A DNA stretch of 63,853 nucleotides, the filler included, from Octopus bimaculoides (Eukaryota): NCBI RefSeq assembly GCF_001194135.2. It is 5 parts of 5 records of this genome, joined end to end, with 100 filler letters (N's around TTAATTAATTAA, not from the genome) between each part and the next. Parts side by side here need not be neighbours in the genome. Positions count along the whole stretch, not along the records: positions 33,564 to 46,264 come from NC_069002.1; positions 46,365 to 62,463 come from NC_068982.1; 3 more parts are not named here. One strand, 5' to 3'. Of this stretch, positions 38,385 to 52,054 are shown one piece after another. Under the pieces are notes generated by a model. That model saw only the letters and a list, made by a program, of their open reading frames with translations, was not told where the DNA came from and did not search any database. The stretch's first letter is position 1; each line of letters starts with the position of its first letter. The translations under genes were made by a program, and so were the position numbers.

Positions 38385-38677
38385 GTCCAGCTGGCAGAAT
38401 CGTTAGCACGCCGGGCGAAATGCTTAGCGGTATTTCGTCTGCCGCTACGTTCTGAGTTCAAATTCCGCCGAGGTCGACTTTACCTTTTATACTTTCGGGG
38501 TCGATAAATTAAGTACCAGTTACGCACTNNNNNNNNNNGACTTTACCTTTTATACTTTCGGGGTCGATAAATTAAGTACCAGTTACGCACTGGGGTCGAT
38601 GTAATCGACTTAATTCCTTTGTCTGTCCTTGTTTGTCCCCTCTATGTTTAGCCCCCTGGTGGGCAATAAAGAAATAA
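38385..38677 (+). mobile_element. SINE family A, well preserved (tail type 1)
   Basis: Complete head, core and tail; ~51 bp duplicated across a 10-N gap. Confidence 0.9.
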
Positions 38678-38684
38678 GAATCAT

Positions 38685-38900
38685 CATTAGCACGCTAGGT
38701 AAAATGCTTAGCGACATTTTTTCGCCAGTCTTGACGTTCTGAGTTCAAATTTCGCCGAGTCCCACGTTGTCTTTCTTCCTTCTGGGGTCGATAAAATAAG
38801 TGCCAGCTGATGTCATCGAATTAATCCNNNNNNNNNNCCCCCCCCCGCCACTACACCGAAATTGTTGGATTTGTGCCCAAAATTTTGAAACTAATATTAA
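38685..38900 (+). mobile_element. SINE family A (tail type 2), adjacent to the previous copy
   Basis: TTAGCACG..AAATGCTTAGCG..ACGTTCTGAGTTCAAATT..GGGGTCGATAAAATAAG..TTGTGCCCAAAATTTTGAAAC. Confidence 0.8.
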
Positions 38901-40244
38901 ACTCTTGTAGGTGGTTGTGCATCGACTGAAAACTAAAACAAAAACAAATGAACACATGAATGAGCTGAACAGATAAAAAAAACATTAAAAAAAATATATA
39001 AAGACTTTGGAAATGTAGTTTGATATGATAGAAGCGTGAATTATTTTGGCGCGTTGATAATGAAATAAAAAGCCATGGTGCTTGTGAGAATCTTCTTTGT
39101 GGGTTTTTAACAAAATTAAAAGGATTTATATTGTATATAAGGTAAAATCGATAAATATTTATTGATTGAAATAATAAATATTTTATGTACTACACAGCGT
39201 AAATTAGAAAGCTTAAGATAAGTTCAATAGAGGTAAACCAACAGTTTAAAAGCCTTGCTGTGAAACATAAACAAATGTAAGTGTATCTTATAAATTTCAC
39301 AAACAGAAGAATCTAGAAGATAACCATTTCATGATCTATAGCTAACTGGCAATTCATCTGAGATAACGCCACTTATTGTTATCGCTCTGCCTATGAAGGC
39401 AACATAACAGTAATCGCTATTTATATCAAACATAAGGTAGAACTTAAGAGAATTTCCCAATCTAATTTGCATAACGTGTATTTGTTGGCAAAGTGTATAA
39501 ACAATTATCAATTTTAAACACAATACAGTATATACTAAGATAATTGAAACGTTTTGCAACCCTAATATACTACCAAGAACATTAGAGGTTTATAAGTCAA
39601 TATTGTATCCTACTTTCTGTGTTAGCAGTGCGCTGTTTTTATTTTAAAGTTTATCTCTACACATTTTTTTATAGAATTTAGAGCCAACACCTAAAGTTAC
39701 GACGTTTTGCATGCGAATATGTCTATGTAAACAATGGGATGGAAGATAGAAAAATGGGTATTGGGTGTATATGCGTGTTTCGGGAGTTATTGCTCCTTCT
39801 TCAGTGCCACAACCAACCCATTAACTATCCATGACTACATTGCTTAAACAGTCACTAAGTTTAGCGGTGTAACTCTATTGGATTGACCAACTGTTATAAA
39901 CACATTCGTGGCAACTGGTACACATTAATTGCGAGTAGGGACACTGGTATTTCGTTACGCAACCACAATATACTTCCAGGTATATTAAAGGCTTCATAAG
40001 TCAACACTGTGTTCTACTGAGATAGCAGTGCGGTTCAATCACTTTCTAACGTTATCTCTGCAGATTTTCTATCTATATACTGCTAAAACTCTGCGATTGC
40101 TTGCTTGTTTGCTTGCGTTCTTGCTTGCGGGCGTGCTTGACTGTAATTTAAGTATTACTGGGTGCTTGCAACCAGCCATTTTCAAAAAATCTGGAAATAC
40201 CAGATCTTTAGCGGCTGATTGGGTCCATAGGGTCAAAACCGCTT

Positions 40245-41272
40245 CCATCGTTCTCTTCGTTCTTTATACTTCATTTACACTTCTCTCGTTCTTTCTTCCC
40301 TCGTTTATCTTTTCTTTCATTTGATTCCTTTCCTTCATTCCAAAATTCCTCCTACTCCTAACTCTTTCTTCTTTCCTTCTCTTTCAACGTTTTCTTCACT
40401 TCCTGTCTCCCCTGAACCTTTTCTTCTTTTCTCATTACACACCCTCCCCCTCTACTTCTCAATCTTTTTCCTTCCTTTATTCTTGTCTCATTCATTCCTG
40501 GCTTCCTTCCCTCTTCTTTCTTCCATTTTCCTCCCTTTCTTCCTTTCGTTTTTTGTTTCCTTTCCTTCCTTTCGTTTTTTGTTTCCCTTTCTTCCGTAAT
40601 TCCTTCCTTCTCTTTCTCTTTTACTTCATTCATTTTTCTTCCTTCACCTTTTCTTTTATTCCCTCTTCTTAATCTTCCTTCTCTTCTCTTCATTTATTCC
40701 TTCCTTACCACCTCTCCTTCCCTCTTTTTATCTACACCTTTCCCTTTACCTTCTTTCCTTCGTTCCTTCTTCCTTCTTCATTGGTTCCTTGGTTCCTTCG
40801 TTCTTTCCTTCCTTTCGTTTTGCTCATCTCCTTCATACGCTAATAAACCCTACTCTCTCCTTATCCCTTCCATCTTTCCTTTCTCTTCCTTCACCTTTTT
40901 TTTCTTTCCCTCTTTCTCTCTTACGTCCTTTCTTTCTTCCTTCTTTCCCACCTCACTTCCTCACTTTTACTTCCCTTTTTTCCCCTTCTAATTCATTCTT
41001 CCCTCATTCATTTTTCTCTTCCTTCCTTCCTTTCGCTATATTCCTCACTTCTTTACCTCCATCATTTCTACTTTTAACTCTTATTCTTCTCTTTTTTTCT
41101 TCTCTTTTTCTTCCTTCACCTCCTTCCACCCTTCCTTCTTCTTTCTTTTCCAACATCTTTCCTTCATTCCCCCCTCTCTTTCTCTCTCTCTTTCTCTCTC
41201 TCTTTGTCTTCGCAGTAAATTAATATCGCTTTATTTTCTGCTCCAACAATTTCCAAATTCCTCATCTTCCCT

Positions 41273-41318
<46 letters not shown>

Positions 41319-41332
41319 TCCTTCTCTTTCCT
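40245..41332. repeat. ~1.1-kb polypyrimidine low-complexity tract
   Basis: Almost exclusively C/T on the + strand. Confidence 0.9.
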
Positions 41333-41349
41333 ATCTATATATATATATA

Positions 41350-41429
41350 TCTGTCTGCCTGCATGTCTGTCTGCCTGCATGTCTGTCTGCCTGCATGTCT
41401 GTCTGCCTGCATGTCTGTCTGCCTGCATG
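41350..41429. repeat. Minisatellite (TCTGTCTGCCTGCATG)x5
   Basis: Five perfect 16-bp units. Confidence 0.95.
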
Positions 41430-41512
41430 TCTGTCTGTATGTATTCATGTATGTGTGATGCATATAAGTATGTATGTATATATGTATTCAGACATACGTA
41501 TACAAACATATC

Positions 41513-41568
<56 letters not shown>

Positions 41569-41578
41569 NNNNNNNNNN

Positions 41579-41622
<44 letters not shown>

Positions 41623-41676
41623 CACAGACACATACACATATCTTATATATGCATATATGTGTGTGTGAGTGTGTGT

Positions 41677-41721
<45 letters not shown>

Positions 41722-43415
41722 ATATATATATATGTCTATATATATATATGTATATGTATATCTTATATATTCATATACGTGTGTGTGAGTGTGTTGTGTG
41801 TGTATGTGTTTGTGCCTGTGTCTGCGTGTCTGTATGTATATATATATATATATATATATATGTTTACATGTATGTATGTATGTATGTATGTATGTATGTA
41901 TGTGTGTGTGTATGTGTGTATGTATGTATATATAGGTTGCTATTTGAACACTAAAAATATTTATACATTTGGTAAAGCTATCCCAGCACTTCAACCATTC
42001 TACAAATTCTTTTACCAGTCACATTTTCTTTCTCTTCTAATTTATTCTTTCGTAACAACAGCCCCAAAAAAACTGACACTCATTTGAAGTTATGCCTTAC
42101 ATAATATTGATAATAACATTACGATTAAAATCATTACTGTTTTTATTATTATTATTATTATTATTTTTATATTTATATCATTATTATTGTTATTGTTGTT
42201 GTTGTTGTTGTTATACAATTAATAATAAATATATAAGCATGAAAATTGAGTTCACTTACAGAGAAGGAAATACAGAATTTCATTATATCTCGAATATGTG
42301 AGTGGGCGAGTATGTGTATGTGTGTGTGCGTATGTATGTATGTAATATGTGTGTTTGTATGCATATATATATATATATATNNNNNNNNNNNNNNNNNNNN
42401 NNNNNNNNNNNNNNNNNNNNNNNNNNNNNNNNNNNNNNNNNNNNNNNNNNNNNNNNNNNNNNNNNNNNNNNNNNNNNNNNNNNNNNNNNNNNNNNNNNNN
42501 NNNNNNNNNNNNNNNNNNNNNNNNNNNNNNNNNNNNNNNNNNNNNNNNNNNNNNNNNNNNNNNNNNNNNNNNNNNNNNNNNNNNNNNNNNNNNNNNNNNN
42601 NNNNNNNNNNNNNNNNNNNNNNNNNNNNNNNNNNNNNNNNNNNNNNNNNNNNNNNNNNNNNNNNNNNNNNNNNNNNNNNNNNNNNNNNNNNNNNNNNNNN
42701 NNNNNNNNNNNNNNNNNNNNNNNNNNNNNNNNNNNNNNNNNNNNNNNNNNNNNNNNNNNNNNNNNNNNNNNNNNNNNNNNNNNNNNNNNNNNNNNNNNNN
42801 NNNNNNNNNNNNNNNNNNNNNNNATGGAAAGAGTTAAATGTTATGACGTTTTTGGCATAATTGTTCGGAATAAATGGCTGAGCAGAAAATGGAGAGGAAA
42901 GACGAAGAAAACGAGAGAAAAAGAAAGACGGTAAATATTCACGATGAAAATTAAAGAGTCTGTTGCTCAGAGAAATGGAAAGAGTTAAATGTTATGACGT
43001 TTTTGGCATAATTGTTCGGAATAAATGGCTGAGCAGAAAATGGAGAGGAAAGACGAAGAAAACGAGAGAAAAAGAAAGAACAAAGAGAAACAAGGAAGAG
43101 CAAATGGCACACATAGTTCATGTAAATATATACGACAGCATATACACCAGCTCCACATGGCTGTTTTGCAATGGATTTCATTTCGAAATCTTCTTTAATT
43201 TTTAGAATTTTCTATTGCTTTTCTCTTTTTTTTTTTTAATTTCATTTATCAGTTTATCCCAGGTGTAAATAATTTTTAGTCACCTCCCATAATGATACAG
43301 TATAGTATTTCTGCAGTGTTGCTATCTTTAGTATTTCTACAGTGTTACCAAGTGTTACACTCTTTTTGGTTTTGGTTTTCCTCGTGTTTTCTCCTCTATT
43401 CCCACACTACACTCA

Positions 43416-43449
43416 TGTTCTGATGAAGAATCATATCCGAAACGTCACA
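43416..43449 (+). ncRNA. Minimal hammerhead-like motif, intact core, weak stems
   Basis: tgt(t)-CTGATGA-A-GAA-tcata-TCC-GAAA-CG-TC-aca. Confidence 0.45.
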
Positions 43450-43556
43450 AAAATTAACTGTTTCTTTTACTCTAAGCGCCGAGCTAATAGCTATGATCCT
43501 GAACTTATCAGTTCTTTTTTCAAATGCCTTACAGACTCTATCTGCTCCTCCTCTCT

Positions 43557-43590
<34 letters not shown>

Positions 43591-44109
43591 CTCCCCCTCT
43601 CTCTCTCTCTCTCCTCCTCCTCCTCTTCCTCTCTCTCTCTATTTCTTCTTTTTTTCCGTTCTCTCGTTCGTGCGCTTTTATTGTGTATACTTCATATTTA
43701 TTTGGAATCACTTAAATAAACTTCGTTGCTGCTCACAGTTTCACACATGCTTGTGTCTAAGTGAAGAGATGCGCTCTAGTCAGGCAAACATTTTAGTGAG
43801 TAAAGCAGTACATTGGCTGGGACAGCACCAGCTTCAGTTACGGTGGTTGTCGTTGATAATAATAATAAGGATAAACATCCAAATTTACAGGTAAAAACTC
43901 GATTAAATTCAATTTATCAAAAATTAAAAACTAAATTAAGTTTGACAGTATATAATATATGAATATATAATTTAGAGATTTTTACTTTGTATTTATTATG
44001 CTTATTTATCGTGTATTTACTTATTAATTTTTTCTATGTGTGACTGGATTTTCACGGATGAGTTCATGAACTTTGGATATTTTCTCTAAATTATATATAT
44101 ATATATATA

Positions 44110-44258
44110 TGCGACGGACTTTTTTCAGTTTCCGTTTACCAAATCAAATCACAAGACATTGGTCGGACCCGTAGCTATATTAGAAGATACCTGCCCAAGG
44201 TGCCGCACAGTGGAACTGAATCGAGAGCCATGTTGTCCGGAGGCAAGCTACTGACAAC
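44110..44258 (-). mobile_element. SINE family B, head-proximal part
   Basis: TTCAGTTTCCGTTTACCAAATC..GCCCAAGGTGCCGCACAGTGGAACTGAA. Confidence 0.8.
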
Positions 44259-44629
44259 CACCACCACCACTACCACCCCAAATATATGCATGTATGTATG
44301 TATGTACAGGGGTATAGAAGTCTGTGTCTATCGCTATTTTTGTTTTATTGTGTTGTATAAATCAAGTTGAAAGAGAACGCCATTTTCTATCTAGCTATGT
44401 AGGCACTTAGTTTATTGCGATGCAACACTGCCATGGATAAGCGAGCTGCCATTGGTTCATTGGTTTCTTGTGATTAATGGTAACCGGCATATCCATGGCA
44501 GTGTAGTTAGTATAAAGTAAATAGATAGGTGGGTAGAAGAATAGGTGTGATTGAATAGAGAAATATGTGTGTGCGTGTGTTGGTTATGTATATATGTATG
44601 TGTGTGCATATATATTTGTATAGTTAGGT

Positions 44630-44648
44630 CGATAGATAGTTAGCTTGT

Positions 44649-44690
<42 letters not shown>

Positions 44691-44718
44691 GATAGATCGA
44701 CAGACAGACAGATAGATT

Positions 44719-44779
<61 letters not shown>

Positions 44780-44795
44780 GTAGGTAGGTAGGTAG
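44630..44795. repeat. (GATA)n/(GGTA)n microsatellite
   Basis: Directly visible. Confidence 0.95.
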
Positions 44796-45237
44796 AAGAA
44801 TGGATAGACTCATTGCACGAATGTATATAGCTGAATGTATAATAAATGCATGTGTAATTTCAAGATGTCAAGTTGCTAAGAAACACCCCCTTTATACACA
44901 CCACAACTATAACGAGGTGTATAATATGACTCATGTCTCGTTTAGCATTAACCGCCATCAAAATTTCGCGTAGCATGTTTCAGGTGGTGGAAGACGATTT
45001 ATTAAAATCTTGGTGCCGGCCTTAAAGGTGATGAGGTGGGGGAGCGGTTGAAAATGCAGTGAGGGATGGTGGTGCTGGTGTTGGTGCTGGTGGTGTGTGT
45101 GAGTTGTTTAAAATATATGTGCGACAAACGGACAGACTTGGTGTGTCTTAATTACTTCCTTTATTTTTAATTTCCCCTTTCTTACTTTAATTTATCCCTT
45201 TTGCTGGGTCTTTCTTTCTTTCTTTCTTTCTTTCTTT

Positions 45238-45291
<54 letters not shown>

Positions 45292-45695
45292 GTCCATCTA
45301 TTTGNNNNNNNNNNNNNNNNNNNNNNNNNNNNNNNNNNNNNNNNNNNNNNNNNNNNNNNNNNNNNNNNNNNNNNNNNNNNNNNNNNNNNNNNNNNNNNNN
45401 NNNNNNNNNNNNNNNNNNNNNNNNNNNNNNNNNNNNNNNNNNNNNNNNNNNNNNNNNNNNNNNNNNNNNNNNNNNNNNNNNNNNNNNNNNNNNNNNNNNN
45501 NNNNNNNNNNNNNNNNNNNNNNNNNNNNNNNNNNNNNNNNNNNNNNNNNNNNNNNNNNNNNNNNNNNNNNNNNNNNNNNNNNNNNNNNNNNNNNNNNNNN
45601 NNNNNNNNNNNNNNNNNNNNNNNNNNNNNNNNNNNNNNNNNNNNNNNNNNNNNNNNNNNNNNNNNNNNTATCTGTCCATCTTTCTATCCACCACA

Positions 45696-45741
<46 letters not shown>

Positions 45742-46264
45742 GTCCATCTATTTGTTTATCTATCCGCCTATCCACCCCTCTATGTATTTATCCGTGTATT
45801 CATCTTATGCACCCTTCCATCATACATCCGTTTAGATATCCTTCCATACGACCGTTCTGTTAGTAATTCCCCTATTTAACTGTTCATCAAGCCAGCTTTC
45901 CATCCACACATCCCGCAATCCCTCCAATGATTCATTTATCCAACCATACATACCAGCATCTAACCATCCATCCATCCACTCCTACATCTACCTGTCCAAT
46001 TTGCCATCCATTTATCTACCCGACCGTCCATCCAGCTGTGCGCATGTATCTGTGTATGCATACGTGCTTGCATGATTGTATGTGTGTATGTATGTATGTA
46101 TGTATGTATAAATGTATGTATGCGTGTATGCATGCATGCGTGTATGTATGTATGTATGTATGCATGAGTGTATGTATGTATGTATAAACGTATGTATGCA
46201 TGCGTCTATGTATGCATGTGTGTATGTATGTATGCATGCTTGTATGTATGTATGTTTGTATGTA

Positions 46265-46364
46265 NNNNNNNNNNNNNNNNNNNNNNNNNNNNNNNNNNNN
46301 NNNNNNNNTTAATTAATTAANNNNNNNNNNNNNNNNNNNNNNNNNNNNNNNNNNNNNNNNNNNN
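46265..46364. other. Artificial scaffold join (44N-TTAATTAATTAA-44N)
   Basis: Same 100-bp linker. Confidence 0.95.
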
Positions 46365-46398
<34 letters not shown>

Positions 46399-47160
46399 GA
46401 CAAATCGAAGACAAGCAAACGCTTGTGCGATATTAAAATATAAATTGGAAACAATTTACCCATCGCACCCTGTATGTGTGTGTGTTAGTGCGTGGGCATT
46501 TCATACATATATATGTAAATACATTCACATGTCATGTATGTCTGGCTTTACACACAAAAATACACATTGAAGCACACACGTTGGTATGTGTGTGTGTATG
46601 CATATGTGTGTGTATATATAGAAATATTCATACATGGAGGGGTGGTTTATTGATAGAGTATTATGTCGGTAGGTGAGGGAGGGTCATGGATCTTTGCGAA
46701 TGTATAAGCTAGTAGGGGATGGTATTAAGTTTTGTATTTGTGTGAAAGATTATTAGTAGACAACTAACAGCCAGCGGTGGAGGGCAAGTCAGATCAAAAG
46801 GTGTAAAGAAAGAGATGTCAAAACCGATGACAAATAGGAAACGAATATCTGAAACGAGTAAAGGAAAAAAATCAGTGAAAAGAAGAAAGAATGAATATAA
46901 CGCATATTTAAAGTCCTATTGTGTGACTTGGTGCCCTCATTTTTGCGTACGTACCATTAGATACATACATTCATACACACATCCATAAACGTATGCATAC
47001 ATACATGTATGAAAATATACGCATACATATACATACGTACAGACACACACACACACGCACAAATACACACACACACACACATATATGCATATTTGTATGT
47101 ATATATTATATGTAGACATAAGTAATTATGCATGTATGTGTATATATGTATATATATAAA

Positions 47161-47224
47161 GTGTAGTATATTGCCACTTAAGTGTGGCTGACCCCTAGGG
47201 GTGGATGTTACTGTTGCTTTTAAG
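47161..47224 (+). mobile_element. Second copy of the terminus seen at 13219/13493, truncated by a gap
   Basis: GTATATTGCCACTTAAGTGTGGCTGACCCCTAGGGGTGGATGTTACTGTTGCTTTTA. Confidence 0.85.
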
Positions 47225-47689
47225 NNNNNNNNNNNNNNNNNNNNNNNNNNNNNNNNNNNNNNNNNNNNNNNNNNNNNNNNNNNNNNNNNNNNNNNNNNNN
47301 NNNNNNNNNNNNNNNNNNNNNNNNNNNNNNNNNNNNNNNNNNNNNNNNNNNNNNNNNNNNNNNNNNNNNNNNNNNNNNNNNNNNNNNNNNNNNNNNNNNN
47401 NNNNNNNNNNNNNNNNNNNNNNNNNNNNNNNNNNNNNNNNNNNNNNNNNNNNNNNNNNNNNNNNNNNNNNNNNNNNNNNNNNNNNNNNNNNATATATATA
47501 TATATACACACATTATGGTCTGAAAATAAAGCAGTTACACAGTGAAAGTGTCATTCTTGATGTAAGTTGTGAAATTCACTTTTATCACGAATTATTTTTC
47601 ATGCGGGATTCAATTTTCGTCGCACAACTGTGGCCTAATCACTGACGTCTGAAGATTGAGGGAATAAGTAAATTGTCGAAAAAAATGCT

Positions 47690-47865
47690 TTCCTGTATGG
47701 TCTTCACCTTTTGGGGTTCAAATCCCGATGTCACCTTTGATTTTTATTCATTAGCGGTCGATAAAATAAAAGACATTCTATGCTATTGCGTCAGGGGTAT
47801 AGCGTATGATCTTCCCCTCAAAATTAGTGGCCCTATACCTAAATGCGAAACGATTATTTTCTCTA
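47690..47865 (+). mobile_element. SINE family A (old)
   Basis: GGGGTTCAAATCCCG..GGTCGATAAAATAA..CCCCTCAAAATTAGTGGCCCT. Confidence 0.55.
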
Positions 47866-50800
47866 TCCAGCATCGGTAAATGAGTGAATTCTCGCAAGAT
47901 ATAAATGAGCTATATTTTAGAGAAGTCTAGTTGAAAGCACGTCATTTCTTTGAAATATTTACATTGAGGAACACTTAGGAAACGTTTTCTGGATATCATT
48001 CCCTTGCAACGGTGAAAAAGATTATTTATGTATAAATTTGTTGCTTTTACATTCAAAATAAAATGACTCTCTCTAGCTAGCTAGAAGGCTTGCCTTAGCA
48101 AATTTACTGGAAAGATCACCAGTGAAAGCAACGTGAAAAAGAAGAAAAAAAACTACAATCATGATAGGAAAATAAAAGCAGTTTACTAAGAGACAATCTA
48201 ATGATTTTCCGGCCAAAAAGAGATAGTTTCACGTTATGATTGATTGGCAGAAACATTATGAATTACTAGTGTCTTGCACAGTTTCTTTACGTATAGTTAA
48301 AACCCGTTGCGATCAACTTCATTATAATCGTGATCCACCGTGATCGACATTGTATATCAATTCTCCTGGGGTGATAGAATAAGACCAGTCAGTACTGCAC
48401 CAGTACAGAATGCATCCACTAATTTCTTGTCTCAAAATTGCTAGCCTTTTACAACCGTTACAAATCACTGTTTAGTTTTGTACAGTGGCAGATCGACTTA
48501 TACTCCGCAGACGCAGAACCTACAAACCTTGTGCATTCCACCTCAGTTAACTCGGAATGAAAAGACACACGAAATACCACTAAGCATATTATTGCCAGAA
48601 TCTACCAGCTCGCTTCCTTACATATATATGTATATTAAAATTCTTTGACTATTCTCATGCGTTTTTGCAATCCCATTTTCAATTATTTCATTTCACAATT
48701 TACAGTACAGAATCACAAAACTGTCAGACAAAATATACTGCTGTATTTGTTGCATTCCTTTATGAGTTCAAACATCTCCGGGATCAACTTTGCTGTTCAT
48801 CCTCCAGGATCAGTAAAAGAAATCAGCAGTTAAGTACAGTGCCTACTTTAATCAAGTAACCAAAGGCAGCTTTAATATAGAAACCTCCTCCCTATAAATT
48901 ACTGGCTTTGTGCTTAAATTAGAAACAATGATGATATTCATTATTATCATATCGATGATACTGAGGATGGTGTGCTTCATCTTCAGCGTAATCAATATCG
49001 ACAAAGCTAAGATGCTTCTTAATATTACCATTAACTTTATTTTCGCTACGACTTTCACATCACCATCAATCTAAACTGCATCATCATCAACATCACCTTC
49101 GTCTTCATGATCAGCAAAAGCATCAGCGACATCGTCATAATCATCATTATCATCATTGTCGTCGCCATCGTTGTTGTCGTTGCCATCATGGCCATCGTCT
49201 TCCGCATAGTCATCACCATCTTCATCAACTTTGCATCATCCTAATGATAGTGTACGTGGTAGTTGACTTTGATATTTCCTGTTTATGTTCGCTGTGGATA
49301 GTTTCGCTAGTTCCAGTAGTTATGGTGGGGGTGACAGACCTATTAAGTATGACTGGACAAATTAAAAAGCTCTTCCATCACGGTCTGTTTAATCTATGCC
49401 TGTGAACTAAACACGAGGCTATTTCGATCCTTCGATTCTTCTAGAATATACGGACCATTAACACTGTGATGGGCGCCAGAGTTCAAAGAATATTACTGAG
49501 AAATAGAAGATTTATATTCAAGTATACAAATAGGCTTAAACCAGTGAATAGTTAAATGTTCATCCTTCTCAAAATCGGAAACACACTGACATAAACAAAC
49601 GTGACTTAGTGAAGGAAATGGCAGAGATGCGAAGAAAATGTTTTGCAGTATTTAGTTTCGTCCCGTTCGGATTGAGTTCAAATTAAGCCAAAGAAGATAT
49701 TGATTTCCTTCTGTAATCGTGCGCACTGAGGTACCTGTGAAGTATAATGGTTCAATTTGGACATCATACTCATTTTCTATTACAATGTTGCTTTGTATCG
49801 AAGCCTACAATCATTATACACTCTTATAAATATATAGACATTTGCATACACAGACTTTCATTTATCAATAGTTTTCTGTTTCCTATCATTAACAACTAAT
49901 TTTATTATTCAGGAGATATAATATTTTACAGAGCAGTATGTTACTGGTCTTCATTTTAATTCACTCTCATATATGAAAAGCAATAACAAGCACATTTTAT
50001 TCTAGCTCTCATAGAGGACCTCTACTGGAGAGCCCATTCTTTTCTTATAACAATTTTAATAAATATGCGTCTAGCATCAATCAATAGCTGAATGTATAAT
50101 GCGGTAAATTAAATACCTTTATGAGTCTAAATAAGTTTATTTAGACTCTAGTTTCAGTCACCATCGGAAACTAATGTTTATTTCAATTTTCTTGGGTCAA
50201 GAAAATAAGTTCCAATAGCAATTAAGATTTTGCGTACGTTTATATGAAAACCCTTGTAAAAATGTGGCATCGTGCGAATGGAAGCAACAGCTATGTATCT
50301 ACATTATTACATAAGCAATAAAAAATTTATTTAAGTACGCATCTATATCAAAATATGTATGTACACGCATGCACACACACATATATGTACGTGCCTGCAT
50401 GAGTGCGCGCGTGCGCGCGCGTATGTGAGTGTGTGTGCATAAGTACTACACACTTGAAATGAGGTTGTTTACGTTAGGAATTTAGGTACTCTGGTTGTTG
50501 CGTATGAATCTAAATGTTCTCTCGGTGTAATCTGTTTAGTATTAGGATTCCAGATTTATTTATTTTTTGGCCTATAAATATTGAGTTTCTTTCTCAAAGA
50601 AAGCTGACCGGGCTTATGTAATCATTGTTACATCTATTAAATTCAACAGCATAAGAAATATTTTTGAGGAATTTCGGACGTGATTTTTTTCAGTGAAAAT
50701 GTATCGGCATTAAATTTTATCAGATATGTATTCTGTACGATAAACGATTTTTCGGAATAAGGGTGACCGCAGTGTTTGACTATTTGGTGTCGAGATTTTA

Positions 50801-51112
50801 GATAGCAATTGGCGATGGAAAGTAACTATTTTCAATATTTTGGATGTCTTTTGATTTTGATTATTTCGCGTATTCCAAATAACTTTTATTGGTCTTCACT
50901 ACATATTGAAATGTGCCAATGGATAGCGTTGGGCTATGTGTATGCTAAAATATAAGGGAGAGTATTTGATGTATATCAGTTGTTTTCTTTGCCCTGTCCT
51001 TCGTAGTAGTTGAATATCTGTTTGTCTGTCTGGTTCTATTCTGTTAGTAGCTAGATTTTCGATCGTTTGCCCATGAAGCTGTAACAATCCATTGAAAGTT
51101 GTTACCATAATA

Positions 51113-51292
51113 GGCGTAGGAGAGGCTGTGTGGTAAGAAGCTTGCTCTGAACCACAAGGATCCGGGTTCAGTTCCACTGCGTGCTACCTTGGGCAAGTGC
51201 CTTCTACTATAGCCTCGTGCAGACCAAACCCTTTGTGAGTGGATTTGGTAAACGGAAACTGAAAGAAGCCTGTTGTATATATATATATATAT
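51113..51292 (+). mobile_element. SINE family B, 5' half running into a gap
   Basis: TAGGCGTAGGAGAGGCTGTGTGGTAAGAAGCTTGC..GGGTTCAGTTCCACTGCG..GGATTTGGTAAACGGAAACTGAAAGAAGCC. Confidence 0.9.
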
Positions 51293-52012
51293 NNNNNNNN
51301 NNNNNNNNNNNNNNNNNNNNNNNNNNNNNNNNNNNNNNNNNNNNNNNNNNNNNNNNNNNNNNNNNNNNNNNNNNNNNNNNNNNNNNNNNNNNNNNNNNNN
51401 NNNNNNNNNNNNNNNNNNNNNNNNNNNNNNNNNNNNNNNNNNNNNNNNNNNNNNNNNNNNNNNNNNNNNNNNNNNNNNNNNNNNNNNNNNNNNNNNNNNN
51501 NNNNNNNNNNNNNNNNNNNNNNNNNNNNNNNNNNNNNNNNNNNNNNNNNNNNNNNNNNNNNNNNNNNNNNNNNNNNNNNNNNNNNNNNNNNNNNNNNNNN
51601 NNNNNNNNNNNNNNNNNNNNNNNNNNNNNNNNNNNNNNNNNNNNNNNNNNNNNNNNNNNNNNNNNNNNNNNNNNNNNNNNNNNNNNNNNNNNNNNNNNNN
51701 NNNNNNNNNNNNNNNNNNNNNNNNNNNNNNNNNNNNNNNNNNNNNNNNNNNNNNNNNNNNNNNNNNNNNNNNNNNNNNNNNNNNNNNNNNNNNNNNNNNN
51801 NNNNNNNNNNNNNNNNNNNNNNNNNNNNNNNNNNNNNNNNNNNNNNNNNNNNNNNNNNNNNNNNNNNNNNNNNNNNNNNNNNNNNNNNNNNNNNNNNNNN
51901 NNNNNNNNNNNNNNNNNNNNNNNNNNNNNNNNNNNNNNNNNNNNNNNNNNNNNNNNNNNNNNNNNNNNNNNNNNNNNNNNNNNNNNNNNNNNNNNNNNNN
52001 NNNNNNNNNNNN

Positions 52013-52054
<42 letters not shown>

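Noticed and set aside
38478-38590. ~51-bp tandem duplication within SINE A
   Set aside because: Exact copies on either side of a 10-N gap indicate an unmerged contig overlap.
40210-40243. AGCGG-CTGATTG..CCGCT stem as a hammerhead
   Set aside because: There is no GAAA..UH half of the core.
45281-45754. Repeated TCTATC..TGTCCATCTATTTG on both sides of a gap
   Set aside because: Microsatellite edge or gap-overlap effect.
49060-49245. His/Asp-rich coding-like stretch
   Set aside because: It is a decayed (CAT/CGT)n trinucleotide repeat.
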